Positions 1-11,222 of a stretch of 64,000 nucleotides of DNA are shown piece by piece. How positions within the stretch are numbered: the stretch's first letter is position 1; every line of letters starts with the position of its first letter. A program made the position numbers and the translations under genes. The notes beneath the pieces are model-generated. The model was not told the DNA's origin. It did not search any database and saw only the letters and a program-made list of their open reading frames with translations. Source of the stretch: Candidatus Saccharicenans sp. (GTDB lineage Bacteria > Acidobacteriota > Aminicenantia > Aminicenantales > Saccharicenantaceae); the NCBI GenBank assembly GCA_026414545.1, contig JAOAIU010000007.1:39261-103260 (forward strand), written 5' to 3'.

Positions 1-1740
<1,740 letters not shown>

Positions 1741-1963
1741 CTAAAAGTAAAGAAAAAAATGACCGGAAAAATGCTTTTTTCATGTTTGTAAATCATTTAT
1801 TATCAGATGATTATAAGGTGACCGACCCGATTCAAATTATCTTGGCTGCTTTTCTGTCAAAAATCGTCTAATTTTACCGGTAGAAAAGAGAAATCGGGAC
1901 ATTTTTTCAGGCTTAAAAAAGCGCCAATTCTAAGCTAAAATAGGGTATCTCTGGAGGAAAAAA

Positions 1964-2953
1964 GTGCCGGCCAACCTGCCCCCGGAATACTTTGAAGTGG
2001 AAAGAACCCTGCGCCAGGCCAGGACTGCCGAAGAGAAAATTTCCATCATGGAAAAGCTTCTGTCCATAATTCCGCGGCACAAGGGCACCGAAAAGTTGGT
2101 GGCCCTGTACCGTTCCAAGATTGCCAAGTTGAAAGAAGAAATAGAACAGCGACCGACGGCCCGCCGGGGACAGTTGTTCAGGATTGAAAAATCAGGGGCC
2201 GGCCAGGTAATAATAATCGGCCCGCCCAATGCCGGCAAATCAGCCCTGATCAGGGCCCTGACCGGAGTGGAGGTAGAGGTGGCCGACTTTCCCTTCACCA
2301 CCAGGACGGCCGCACCCTACATGATGCCTTTCGAAAACATCAAGATCCAGCTCATCGACACCCCGCCCATCACCGCTGATTTTATGGAAACCTGGCTGGC
2401 CGAGATGATTAAGATGGCTGAAGCGGTCCTGGTGGTCCTGGACACGTCCAGCCCCGATTCCTCGGCCCAGCTGGAGGTGATCTTCAACCGGCTTAAAGAA
2501 AAGAAGGTGGAACTTGTCTCCGGAGAAACGACTGTCCCCCCGGATAGATTCCCGTTCCTGAAAAGGACTTTGCTGGTCTTGAATAAGAGTGACCTATCAG
2601 AAGCCCGCGCTTTCCAGGAAGAGCTGGACATACTTTTCGGAAAAACCCTGGACCGGGTTCCGGTTTCCGCGGCCACCGGTGATGGCCTGGAAACGTTGCG
2701 TCGTCGGGTGTTCGACCTGCTGCAGATTGTCCGGGTTTACAGCAAGGTGCCGGGCAAAAAACCCGATTACGACTCGCCATTCATCCTGAAAAAAGGAAGC
2801 AACATCGTGGACCTGGCCCGGCAGGTTCATAAGGATTTTTCGGAGAAGCTCAACTACGCCCGGGTCTGGAGCAAACAGGGCACAATCAGCGGGCTACGGG
2901 TGACCCGGGATTACCTGCTGAACGACGAGGACACCGTTGAGCTGCACCTTTGA
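1964..2953 (+). CDS. DRG-family (developmentally regulated GTP-binding protein-like) GTPase with C-terminal TGS domain
   Basis: GTG start with a GGAGG SD 6 nt upstream. N-terminus resembles the DRG helical region. Motifs: G1 GPPNAGKS, G2 FPFTT, G4 NKSD. C-terminal VRVYSKVPGKKPDYDSPFIL...YARVWS...DEDTVELHL is TGS-like, as in DRG1/Rbg1. The G3 motif reads DTPP rather than DxxG. Confidence 0.8.
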   Translation: MPANLPPEYFEVERTLRQARTAEEKISIMEKLLSIIPRHKGTEKLVALYRSKIAKLKEEIEQRPTARRGQLFRIEKSGAGQVIIIGPPNAGKSALIRALTGVEVEVADFPFTTRTAAPYMMPFENIKIQLIDTPPITADFMETWLAEMIKMAEAVLVVLDTSSPDSSAQLEVIFNRLKEKKVELVSGETTVPPDRFPFLKRTLLVLNKSDLSEARAFQEELDILFGKTLDRVPVSAATGDGLETLRRRVFDLLQIVRVYSKVPGKKPDYDSPFILKKGSNIVDLARQVHKDFSEKLNYARVWSKQGTISGLRVTRDYLLNDEDTVELHL

Positions 2954-3107
2954 AAATAAGGGCAGCTAGATTCATAAAAACAAGAAAGGCCACCGTCTCT
3001 GCCTTTGGGGTCGGACCGCGACCTCACTCAGAATTTCTTGTCTAAAAATATAAATCAATAATAGGGCAATTGAGAGTGCCGGCGAGCTAAACCTTTCTGC
3101 CCGCGTA

Positions 3108-4658
3108 CTACTTAAGCCTTTCCGGGGGAGCGCAGGCCAGTTCCATCACGGCCAGGAACATCAACCGGGTCATATCTTCCAGCATCTCAGGGTTAATCAA
3201 ATTGATATCATCCCGGGTGTTATGGTAGGTGGGATAAGGCACCACCAAACCTGAGGTGGAGAATGATAGCGAAGGGATATTCTTGTCCATGAAACGGGCC
3301 GCATCCAGCCTGGGCCGGGTCAGGTTGGACCAGTAATTGGTGCCAATTTCCCGGTGTAGATAACCGGCGCTGGCTTTTTCAAACGGGCCATAAAGCCAGG
3401 GAAAATTCTTCCCGGCCAGGGCAAAAATCCGGTCTCCGCTGCCCACTCCATCCATGTTTATTAGAGCCACAGTTTTTTCAACTGGAAAGACAGGGTTTTG
3501 AAGGTAATACTCAGAACCTTTCACCCCCTGCTCCTCGGCGCCAAAGAAAGCAAGGAGAACAGTCCTCTTTGGCTTTATTTCACACCGGCTGATGGCCTCG
3601 GCCAGACCCAGCATAACCGCCACGGCCGAGGCGTTATCGTTGGCCCCGGGCATCAGTTCAGGAAATTGCCCCAGGTGGTCGAGATGTCCGCCGATGATGA
3701 TGACCTCGTCCTTGAGTGACGGGTCCGTCCCGTTTATTTTTGCCAGGACGTTGTAACCAATGCCCTCAGGATGATGCTCGGTCCTGTTCTTAATGGTAAA
3801 GACTTTGCCGGTGGCAAAAGACTGGGGTTTCAGGGCAGTTCTGATTTTCTCCACAGTGGTCTGGTAGCTGCGGCCGGTGCCGGCAAAGATATCATCGACC
3901 ACGCTCCGCCCGACATGGCTGTAGATGAAACCTTCGATGTAATCATTGTTTGGATTGCAGATTGGTCCGTAATAATAGAGCAGGCCCTTGGCCCCATGAG
4001 CGGCGGCATTTTTCAGCTTGTACTGGTGGAAAGAATAGGGCCGCCACTTCCTGAAGGTTTCCGGGTCTTTATCTGGGCTGAAGGGAACTTCATTTTCCAT
4101 CAGGACTATCTTGCCCCGAACATCGACACCCTGATAATCATCGTAACCGAGCTCGGGAGCAGTGATGCCGTAACCAACATAAACCACTTCGGCCGTAATT
4201 TCGCCTGAAGCTGAGGTGCCGCCGGGAAAATATTCTTCCTCGTAGAGATAATACTTCTTAACCGTGGCCTGAGTCTTAGGGTCAGACTTACCAACCCTGA
4301 GAAGCATGGATACTTCACCCCTGTCCAGAATCAGGGTATAAGGATTGGGAAAAGCCTGAAGATAGGTGCCTTTATCGCCGGCTGGTTCCACGCCCCATCC
4401 TTTCAGCTTGGAGATGACCCATTCAGCCGAAAGGTTATAACCATCGGTTCCCGTCAGGCGACCGGTGTACTTTTCCGAGGTCAGTTCCCCAACATACTCT
4501 ATCAGAACATTGCTGGAAATGGTGTGGAACACCCGCAGCAGCTTCTGACTGTCATCAACGGGACGAGTTTGGGCCGGGACAGCCAGCTGACCCAGGTATA
4601 AAGCCAGGGCCAGAACCACAATCAGGTTGGCCGTTTTCTTAAGGTTGTTTTCCATCAC
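3108..4658 (-). CDS. Secreted M28-family Zn aminopeptidase with PA domain
   Basis: Signal peptide. Zn ligands in IIGGHLDHLGQ and NDNASAVAVMLGLAEA. The inserted protease-associated domain is typical of M28 aminopeptidases. Paralogous to the 6712-8196 gene. Confidence 0.8.
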   Translation of the reverse strand: MMENNLKKTANLIVVLALALYLGQLAVPAQTRPVDDSQKLLRVFHTISSNVLIEYVGELTSEKYTGRLTGTDGYNLSAEWVISKLKGWGVEPAGDKGTYLQAFPNPYTLILDRGEVSMLLRVGKSDPKTQATVKKYYLYEEEYFPGGTSASGEITAEVVYVGYGITAPELGYDDYQGVDVRGKIVLMENEVPFSPDKDPETFRKWRPYSFHQYKLKNAAAHGAKGLLYYYGPICNPNNDYIEGFIYSHVGRSVVDDIFAGTGRSYQTTVEKIRTALKPQSFATGKVFTIKNRTEHHPEGIGYNVLAKINGTDPSLKDEVIIIGGHLDHLGQFPELMPGANDNASAVAVMLGLAEAISRCEIKPKRTVLLAFFGAEEQGVKGSEYYLQNPVFPVEKTVALINMDGVGSGDRIFALAGKNFPWLYGPFEKASAGYLHREIGTNYWSNLTRPRLDAARFMDKNIPSLSFSTSGLVVPYPTYHNTRDDINLINPEMLEDMTRLMFLAVMELACAPPERLK

Positions 4659-4805
4659 ACTTCTCCCTGCTTAGATTTAAGGATGATATATTACCGCAGG
4701 TTGCGGCCCGGAGTAAAAGATTTCCTGGGGGGTCAGTCCTGGCTAATTTCCACGGCTCACGGGGCGGTCTACCCTGTCTCCTCAATCCGAAAGCTCGGCC
4801 GGCGC

Positions 4806-5636
4806 TCAGATTCTGAAGGACAGTCCGCCACGGAAAAGAAATCCGTCAAAAATCCCGATGTCGGCCACCAAATTCAGAGCCCTGGACAGCCTGGCTCTCA
4901 ATCCCAGGTTAAATTGAAAGATGGGCAAAAAATTAAGCGGAAAGTCCTTTCCCTCTGCCAGACGCTCGTCTTTAATCTGTCTCAGGGTCTTGCTGCCTGC
5001 CTCAGAGTACTGTTCGGTAGAATTGTCAGGGAGGGTGAGCGTCCCGCTGTATTCGTACCGGTAGCGGGCGTCGAAAAAGCTCTTGGAAGTGGAAATACCG
5101 GCGCCGATGGTCAGGTAGGGAGAAACTACCTTGGAAGGTAGAAATTCCCAGCGCATGTTAAGATGGAAGGACAGCGGCTTGATGATGAATTCCCCACCGG
5201 CCTGGCTGTTGAAAGTAGCCGTCTGATTGAGGTTGAGGTCGATGAGGTCCAGCCTGGCAGTGACCGCAGGGAAAGAAATCTTCATGGTAGTCTGCTCGAC
5301 GGCCAGCCCGAGGCTGAAGGACCCTCCCCTGCCCCCAGGATAAAAACGGAGTTCAAACCCGAGGTTGTGGCCCGGAGCGTCGAAGTTGACTTCCTGCTGG
5401 TAACCACTTTCAACCAGGGTCGGGTAGTCGGCCTGAATCTGCTCCAGGAAACGGTCTTTGAGGTCATTCTCCAGAGTATCGCTGACCATTTTTTCCACCA
5501 GGCCCCTGACCACGTTCAGAGTCCAGTAGGAATAATGGACGTTAAATTCCAGATGCCCATCTGCCAGCAGCGGTGTGGATAATAGAGTGAATAGAAGAAA
5601 AATGGCGCCAGTTACTTTGACTGCCGATTTTGCCAT
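4806..5636 (-). CDS. Putative outer-membrane beta-barrel protein (signal peptide, C-terminal ...GGLSFRI)
   Basis: N-terminal signal peptide. Amphipathic beta-strand-like alternating hydrophobicity throughout. An aromatic residue at the -3 position of the C-terminus is typical of OMPs. No named family recognised. Confidence 0.4.
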   Translation of the reverse strand: MAKSAVKVTGAIFLLFTLLSTPLLADGHLEFNVHYSYWTLNVVRGLVEKMVSDTLENDLKDRFLEQIQADYPTLVESGYQQEVNFDAPGHNLGFELRFYPGGRGGSFSLGLAVEQTTMKISFPAVTARLDLIDLNLNQTATFNSQAGGEFIIKPLSFHLNMRWEFLPSKVVSPYLTIGAGISTSKSFFDARYRYEYSGTLTLPDNSTEQYSEAGSKTLRQIKDERLAEGKDFPLNFLPIFQFNLGLRARLSRALNLVADIGIFDGFLFRGGLSFRI

Positions 5637-5781
5637 GCCGCAGCCTCCTTTTTTTCATTTTATCCCACGCCGGCGCTGGAAAGTCAAGCTTACTCCCGGT
5701 ACCGGCAGACTCCGTGACGGGCCTTTAATTTGATTATTTCTTTTTTATCTGATATCGTAAATTCTTGTGCGGAGGTAGAAA

Positions 5782-6354
5782 ATGAATAAAGGTCTTTTCA
5801 TCTTTTTCAGCCTGCTCCTGGTCTTCTCCATAAGTTCCCTGCTGGCAGCCAACCCCAGGGTCCTGATGAAAACCAGCAAGGGAGACATTGTGATCGAGCT
5901 GTTTCCTGACAAAGCCCCCATTACCGTCAAGAATTTTCTGGGTTATGTGGGAGATAAATTCTACGACGGAACCATTTTCCACCGGGTCATCAAGGGCTTC
6001 ATGATCCAGGGAGGCGGCCTGACCCCGGACCTGCAAACCAAGCCGGAAAAGCGGCCACCCATCAAGAACGAGGCCAACAACGGCTTGAAGAACCTGCGCG
6101 GGACGATCGCCATGGCCCGGACGCCTGAAATCGACAGCGCCACCTGTCAGTTCTTTATCAATCTGGTCGATAATCCATTCCTCGACCACGTACCCAACGA
6201 CCCCAAGAAGTTTGGTTACGCCGTTTTCGGCAAGGTTGTCCAGGGCATGGAAGTGGTTGACGCTATTGCTGAGGTGGCGACCACTACCAAGGGTATGTAC
6301 CGCGACGTTCCGGTTGAACCCATCGTCATTATTTCTGTTACCAAAATCCAGTAG
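5782..6354 (+). CDS. ppiA: Peptidyl-prolyl cis-trans isomerase, cyclophilin type, periplasmic
   Basis: Signal peptide followed by the cyclophilin core [14 protein letters not shown]...[22 protein letters not shown]...[24 protein letters not shown]. Confidence 0.9.
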   Translation: MNKGLFIFFSLLLVFSISSLLAANPRVLMKTSKGDIVIELFPDKAPITVKNFLGYVGDKFYDGTIFHRVIKGFMIQGGGLTPDLQTKPEKRPPIKNEANNGLKNLRGTIAMARTPEIDSATCQFFINLVDNPFLDHVPNDPKKFGYAVFGKVVQGMEVVDAIAEVATTTKGMYRDVPVEPIVIISVTKIQ

Positions 6355-6403
6355 ACTGTATCCCGACTGACCTTCAGGTCTAAAGCCATTTCCGACCGGA
6401 CCG

Positions 6404-6607
6404 ATGTTTGAATGGCTGTTCGCCCTGCTGCACCTGGGCCTCTACCTGGGCTTGTTGATTTATTCCATATTGAACCTGGTGAAGGGTCGGTGGTTGGCCG
6501 GGCTGGCCCTGCTGGTTTTCCTGGCAGCCTATTATTTTATTGTTCTCCACCCGGCCGTCCTCAAAGAGATAAGCCGCAGGAAAAAGCGACCCAAAAATAA
6601 AAAATAA
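6404..6607 (+). CDS. Small two-TM membrane protein with basic C-terminal tail (hypothetical)
   Basis: 67 aa with two hydrophobic helices and a RRKKRPKNKK tail. No SD, so the coding call is weak. Confidence 0.35.
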   Translation: MFEWLFALLHLGLYLGLLIYSILNLVKGRWLAGLALLVFLAAYYFIVLHPAVLKEISRRKKRPKNKK

Positions 6608-6672
6608 AAAATTCGTTGAGCGAAGCCGGGCTCAAATTTCAGCTAATTTCCCGCAGTCCGAACCCGGTTATG

Positions 6673-6681
6673 TGATATAAT
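6673..6681 (+). promoter_or_regulatory. Candidate extended -10 promoter element (TGaTATAAT) for the downstream M28 peptidase gene
   Basis: TGATATAAT at 6673-6681, about 30 nt upstream of the GGAAGG RBS and the ATG at 6712. The -35 is weak, as is common with extended -10 promoters. Confidence 0.35.
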
Positions 6682-6711
6682 CGCCTCTGATTTTAATTTG
6701 ACGGAAGGTTC

Positions 6712-8196
6712 ATGAACATGAAAAGAACGACATACCAACTGACCTTAACCCTGATTCTTTCCCTGGCCATTTTTAGCTGGCTGACCGCCGCGGAGCTGCC
6801 TGCCCGCCTTAAAAAAGCTGTGGACAGCATTGACCCCCTGCTGGCCTACCAGCTCACCAGGACCATGGCTTCGGAGGAATTTGCCGGTCGTCTGACCGGA
6901 CATGAAGGATATACCCGGGCTGCTCGCTGGGCAGCAGCCAGGTTCAAAGAATGGGGACTTAAGCCGCTGGACGGCAGGAACGGTTATCTCCAGCCTTATC
7001 CATCTCCCCATACTATCATAGAGCAGGCTTCCATGAGTCTTCATCTGCCGGGTAAAGCCGGAAACGATGGCCAGCCCACCTACGAAACGGTAGAACTGAA
7101 GCCGGAAAAGGACTTTCTGCCCCTTTTCTATTCCGATAGTGGCAACCATACGGCGGGCCTGGTTTTTGTCGGTTGGGGAATATCCGCTCCGGAGCTCAAC
7201 TATGACGATTATGCCGGAGTGGAGGTAAAGGGCAAGTTCGTCCTCTGTTTCCGGGGCACGCCCGACCCGTCTCGACGCGAATTCCAATCCCATGACGAAC
7301 ATCGGACCAGGATGAAGGTAGCCAGGGAAAAAGGCGCCCTGGGACTGATCTACATCTATCCCGAAGCCCAGGCTAACCCCAACGGCGACTGGCTGCCCGG
7401 TTTCATGCCCGGGATGATCACCGAAAAGACGGCCGACCTGATTTTTAAAGAAATGAACACCACCACAGCCGAACTGAAGAAGGCCTTGCAGAACTTCAAG
7501 AGACCCATCTCCTTCGACCTAAAAGCCAGGCTCTCTTACCAGGTCAGCTCCAGGCACTATCCAGACTCCACCGGCTATAACGTCGCCGGCTGGGTGGAGG
7601 GGTCCGACCCGAAGCTTAAAAAAGAACTGATCATCATCGGCGGTCATTTCGACCACTGCGGCCGACACCTGGGTCTGCTGTTTCCGGGAGCTGACGACAA
7701 CGCCAGCGGTTCAGCGGTGGTGATGACCCTGGCCCGGGCCTTTGCCTCGCTTAACCCCAGACCAAAACGGTCGGTCATGTTTGTTCTCTTCGGCGGAGAG
7801 GAACTCGGCCTTCAGGGTTCTACTTACTTTGCCGACCACCTTCCGGCCGGGTTTGACCGGGTGATGGCCATGTTCAACTTTGATATGGAAGGCGAAGGCG
7901 ACGGCGCCTGGTGCGGAATTAGCGCCGAACCTACCTACCTCAAAGAAGCCTTAGAGAGGGCCAACCGTGAAGTTAACATCATAAGGGGATACGGGGTGAT
8001 TAGAAACATCGGGGTCAGGAGCTCCGATTTTGCGCCGTTCTTCCTGAAAGGAATTCCCTGTGCCAGCCTCGGTTCCAATGGCCCGCACCTGGCCTACCAC
8101 GGAACGGGAGATACCATCTACCGCATCAACCCTGAGATCATGGGTAACATTGCCAGGGTATCTTTCCTTTCGGTCTATTTTCTGGCTGACAGATAA
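6712..8196 (+). CDS. Secreted M28-family Zn aminopeptidase with PA domain (paralogue of 3108-4658)
   Basis: Signal peptide. IIGGHFDHCG and DDNASGSAVVMTLARAF Zn-ligand motifs. Collinear similarity to the upstream M28 gene across the N-terminal, PA and catalytic regions. Confidence 0.8.
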   Translation: MNMKRTTYQLTLTLILSLAIFSWLTAAELPARLKKAVDSIDPLLAYQLTRTMASEEFAGRLTGHEGYTRAARWAAARFKEWGLKPLDGRNGYLQPYPSPHTIIEQASMSLHLPGKAGNDGQPTYETVELKPEKDFLPLFYSDSGNHTAGLVFVGWGISAPELNYDDYAGVEVKGKFVLCFRGTPDPSRREFQSHDEHRTRMKVAREKGALGLIYIYPEAQANPNGDWLPGFMPGMITEKTADLIFKEMNTTTAELKKALQNFKRPISFDLKARLSYQVSSRHYPDSTGYNVAGWVEGSDPKLKKELIIIGGHFDHCGRHLGLLFPGADDNASGSAVVMTLARAFASLNPRPKRSVMFVLFGGEELGLQGSTYFADHLPAGFDRVMAMFNFDMEGEGDGAWCGISAEPTYLKEALERANREVNIIRGYGVIRNIGVRSSDFAPFFLKGIPCASLGSNGPHLAYHGTGDTIYRINPEIMGNIARVSFLSVYFLADR

Positions 8197-8241
8197 GTTC
8201 TATAATTAATAAACAGTTAATGGCATGGTGAGGCACAAAAA

Positions 8242-8883
8242 ATGAAAGTTGCGAGAGAAGGTTTAATCTTTTACCTGCCGTCGCTGGGAGTGTTTTTGCT
8301 GACCCTGGCGCTCGGCTGGTGGCTGGCCAGCCTTTTTTTCCTGCTGCTGTCGGCAGCCTTCCTTTTCTTTTTCCGCGACCCGGATAGGCAGCCGCCAGCC
8401 GGAGAGAACCTGGTGCTATCGCCGGCTGACGGGCAGATTATAAAAATCGAAGAATTTTCCAGTCACCCGGACCTGCCCGGTCCCGGGAAAGTGGTCAGCA
8501 TTTTTCTCTCCCTGCTCGACGTTCATTTCACCCGCGCACCCTTTACCTCCGAAGTTAGAAGAATCGATTACCAGCCCGGCAAGTTTTTCCCCGCCTACAG
8601 GGAAGAAGCCAGCAGCCAGAATGAATCCCGCAGCCTGTTGCTTCATGGCAACAGGGGCCCGGCTTTCTTAAAGCAGATGGTCGGAGTTGCCGCCAGGCGC
8701 ATAAAATGTTATGTTAAGCCCGGAGACAAGGTGGCCGCCGGGCAGAAAATCGGCTTGATGTATTTCGGTTCCAGAGTTGACCTGTACCTGCCCGGTCAGG
8801 TGGAGCTGAAAGTCAGTCTGAACCAGAAAGTCAAAGGAGCTCTGACCGTCATCGGAGAGTGGCGAGATGAAAGTCAGAATTAA
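8242..8883 (+). CDS. psd: Phosphatidylserine decarboxylase, short (archaetidylserine-decarboxylase-like) form
   Basis: About 210 aa with N-terminal TM helices and an FGSRVD motif, equivalent to the LGST self-cleavage/pyruvoyl site. Overlaps the start of the downstream CDP-alcohol phosphatidyltransferase. Confidence 0.75.
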   Translation: MKVAREGLIFYLPSLGVFLLTLALGWWLASLFFLLLSAAFLFFFRDPDRQPPAGENLVLSPADGQIIKIEEFSSHPDLPGPGKVVSIFLSLLDVHFTRAPFTSEVRRIDYQPGKFFPAYREEASSQNESRSLLLHGNRGPAFLKQMVGVAARRIKCYVKPGDKVAAGQKIGLMYFGSRVDLYLPGQVELKVSLNQKVKGALTVIGEWRDESQN

Positions 8884-9649
8884 GCAGCCGGTTCCCCGGC
8901 TCTATTTTCTGCCCAGCGTCTTTACCCTGACCAACGTCTTCTTCGGCTTCCTCAGCCTGACCTCTACTTTTTATGGTCGTTACCGTTGGGCAGCCCTCTG
9001 GATAATAATCGCCGCCATGCTGGATGGCCTGGACGGCCTGGTGGCCAGGGCCACCAAGACTAGTTCCGATTTCGGCATCCAGCTGGATTCGCTGGCTGAT
9101 GCCGTCTCCTTCGCCGCAGCAGCCTCCCTTCTCATGTACTTCTGGGGACTTAAAGTACTGGGCCCGGCCGGAATATTTTTCAGCTTCCTGTTTATAGTCG
9201 GCGGCCTGCTGCGGCTGGCTCGCTACAACGTCAGAACCAAGAGCTTACCGGACCGGCGTTATTACCAGGGCCTGACGGTACCTTCTGCCGCCATTTTTCT
9301 GGCCTCGCTGGTTATTTTCCACCCGGAGCCAAACTATCAAACCCTGAACGCCTTTTACCTGTCTGCGCTGGTGGTAGTTATCAGCCTGCTCATGATCAGC
9401 ACCCTCCGCTACCGGAATTTCGTATCTCTCGTCATCAACCGGCCGGTGGACATGAGGACAGGGTTGTTGCTGGCCGTAGTTCTGACCGGCCTGCTCTTCC
9501 GCCCGAAATATTTTCTGCTGCTCTTTACCAGTCTCAACGTTCTCTACGGACCGGTTGATTTTCTGGTGCTCAAATTCAGGAGAAAGACGGCTTCCAGAAC
9601 AATAGCTCAAAAACACGAAACCGGAAAACCCCTTGACCTCAAGGAATAG
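8867..9649 (+). CDS. pssA: CDP-diacylglycerol--serine O-phosphatidyltransferase (CDP-alcohol phosphatidyltransferase family)
   Basis: Multi-TM protein carrying the CDP-OH transferase motif DGLDGLVAR...G...DSLAD. Together with psd forms a PE-synthesis pair. Confidence 0.8.
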   Translation: MKVRIKQPVPRLYFLPSVFTLTNVFFGFLSLTSTFYGRYRWAALWIIIAAMLDGLDGLVARATKTSSDFGIQLDSLADAVSFAAAASLLMYFWGLKVLGPAGIFFSFLFIVGGLLRLARYNVRTKSLPDRRYYQGLTVPSAAIFLASLVIFHPEPNYQTLNAFYLSALVVVISLLMISTLRYRNFVSLVINRPVDMRTGLLLAVVLTGLLFRPKYFLLLFTSLNVLYGPVDFLVLKFRRKTASRTIAQKHETGKPLDLKE

Positions 9650-10913
9650 CCTCGCTCAGTTGATGAGAGCCAGAGCCAGGATCAACCGCAAAAAAATACT
9701 GGCGGTAGCTATCATATTGCTATTGCTGGCCATAATCACCATCATCCTGCTTATTAACAGAAGTCCCGAGCGGCCAGCGACCAGTCCCAAGATTCCTGAA
9801 TCCAGCCTGGAATCCCAACCCCCACCCCCAGTAACCGAGGAATTCACCATCCCGGCCGGCAAGACCATAACTGAGCTTCTAACCCCTTTTGGCTTTCCTC
9901 CTTCCCGCGTGATTGAAATCAGGGAAGCCACCAAAAAGGTCTTCGACCTGGCCAGGATTCCTGCCGGGCAGAAATTCAGATTGCTGAAGCAGGGCCAGAC
10001 CTACAGCGCCTTTCAGCTCGACCTTGACCCCGAACGCTTCCTGGAAGTGGACCTCAGCTCATCTCCACCTTCAGCCAGCATCAAGTCGCATCCGGTCACC
10101 AGGCAGCTGGTGCTGGTCGAGGGGGTAATCAAGGATTCCCTGATTGCCGCGGTCAATCAGGCTGGCGAGCAGGACCTTCTGGCCTTGATGATGGCCGAAA
10201 TTTTCGGCTGGGTCATCGATTTTTACGTCGACCTCAGGCAGGATGACAGCTTCCGGCTGCTGGTCGAAAAAAAATATATAAACGGTCAGTTCGGAGGATA
10301 TGGCCCGATTCTGGCCGCTCGCTTTGTTAACCGGAACCAGGTCTTTGAAGCCTACCGCTATGTCTTCCCCGACAGCGGCCAAGCTGATTATTTCGAAGCC
10401 GGGGGAGGTTCGCTACGAAAGGAATTCCTGAAATCGCCCCTGCGATACGCCCGGATTACTTCCCGCTTCAGTTCCAGCCGTCTTCATCCCATCCGCAAGA
10501 TTTACCGTCCTCATTATGGAATAGATTATGCCGCTCCCGTCGGCACGCCCGTCCAGGCCACGGCCGACGGGGTGGTGACCTTTGCCGGCTGGAATGGAGC
10601 CGCCGGCCGCATGGTCAGAATCCGGCACAAGAATGCCTACGAAACCATGTATCTGCACCTGAAGTCACTGGCCTCTGAAATTAAAACCGGTGCCCGGGTG
10701 GCAGGCGGGCAGGTCATCGGGTATGTCGGGTCTAGCGGCGAGTCGACCGGCCCCCATCTCGATTACCGGCTGCTCTATCACGGCAAGTATGTGAATCCCC
10801 TGAGCTGGAAATTCCAGCCGGCCGAACCACTGCCCTCACGCTACCGTCCCGATTTTGAGAAGAAAGTCAGGGTACTGCAAATGCTCCTTCTTTTTCCAGC
10901 AACTTATTTTTAA
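9633..10913 (+). CDS. Membrane-anchored M23-family murein endopeptidase
   Basis: N-terminal TM anchor. C-terminal M23 motifs HYGIDYAAPVGTPV...GGQVIGYVGSSGESTGPHLDYRL. The start overlaps the pssA stop. Confidence 0.8.
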   Translation: MTSRNSLAQLMRARARINRKKILAVAIILLLLAIITIILLINRSPERPATSPKIPESSLESQPPPPVTEEFTIPAGKTITELLTPFGFPPSRVIEIREATKKVFDLARIPAGQKFRLLKQGQTYSAFQLDLDPERFLEVDLSSSPPSASIKSHPVTRQLVLVEGVIKDSLIAAVNQAGEQDLLALMMAEIFGWVIDFYVDLRQDDSFRLLVEKKYINGQFGGYGPILAARFVNRNQVFEAYRYVFPDSGQADYFEAGGGSLRKEFLKSPLRYARITSRFSSSRLHPIRKIYRPHYGIDYAAPVGTPVQATADGVVTFAGWNGAAGRMVRIRHKNAYETMYLHLKSLASEIKTGARVAGGQVIGYVGSSGESTGPHLDYRLLYHGKYVNPLSWKFQPAEPLPSRYRPDFEKKVRVLQMLLLFPATYF

Positions 10914-11222
10914 CCTGTTTTCTTCTCAGAAGGAAAAATCTTTCCTTATAGCTAACAGGCAGAACCCCCCAACCCGAATTTAAGGGTCAAGTTTTTGCCA
11001 ATTCACCAAGCCCTTTGCCTCAGACTGACCAGGAATTAAAAGAGGTGTCCGGGCCAGGAGCTCTGTCTGGGTAAAATTCCGTGAGCAGGGCTTACTCTAT
11101 AGACTTTTCTTCGCTTCTGATTGCCCCGCAAGGCGGCCAACCGCCCCGTGAAAAAGGGTGGTTTGACTTGGTAGAATTGCCCGCCTAAATTTATAAGCGG
11201 GAATCATTTCGGGGAGGCAACC

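Noticed and set aside
6616-6635. Hairpin TTGAGC-gaagccgg-GCTCAA after the small membrane ORF, as a terminator
   Set aside because: Only a 6-bp stem with a weak T-tract, so it is not listed as a feature. It could equally be part of the M28 promoter region.
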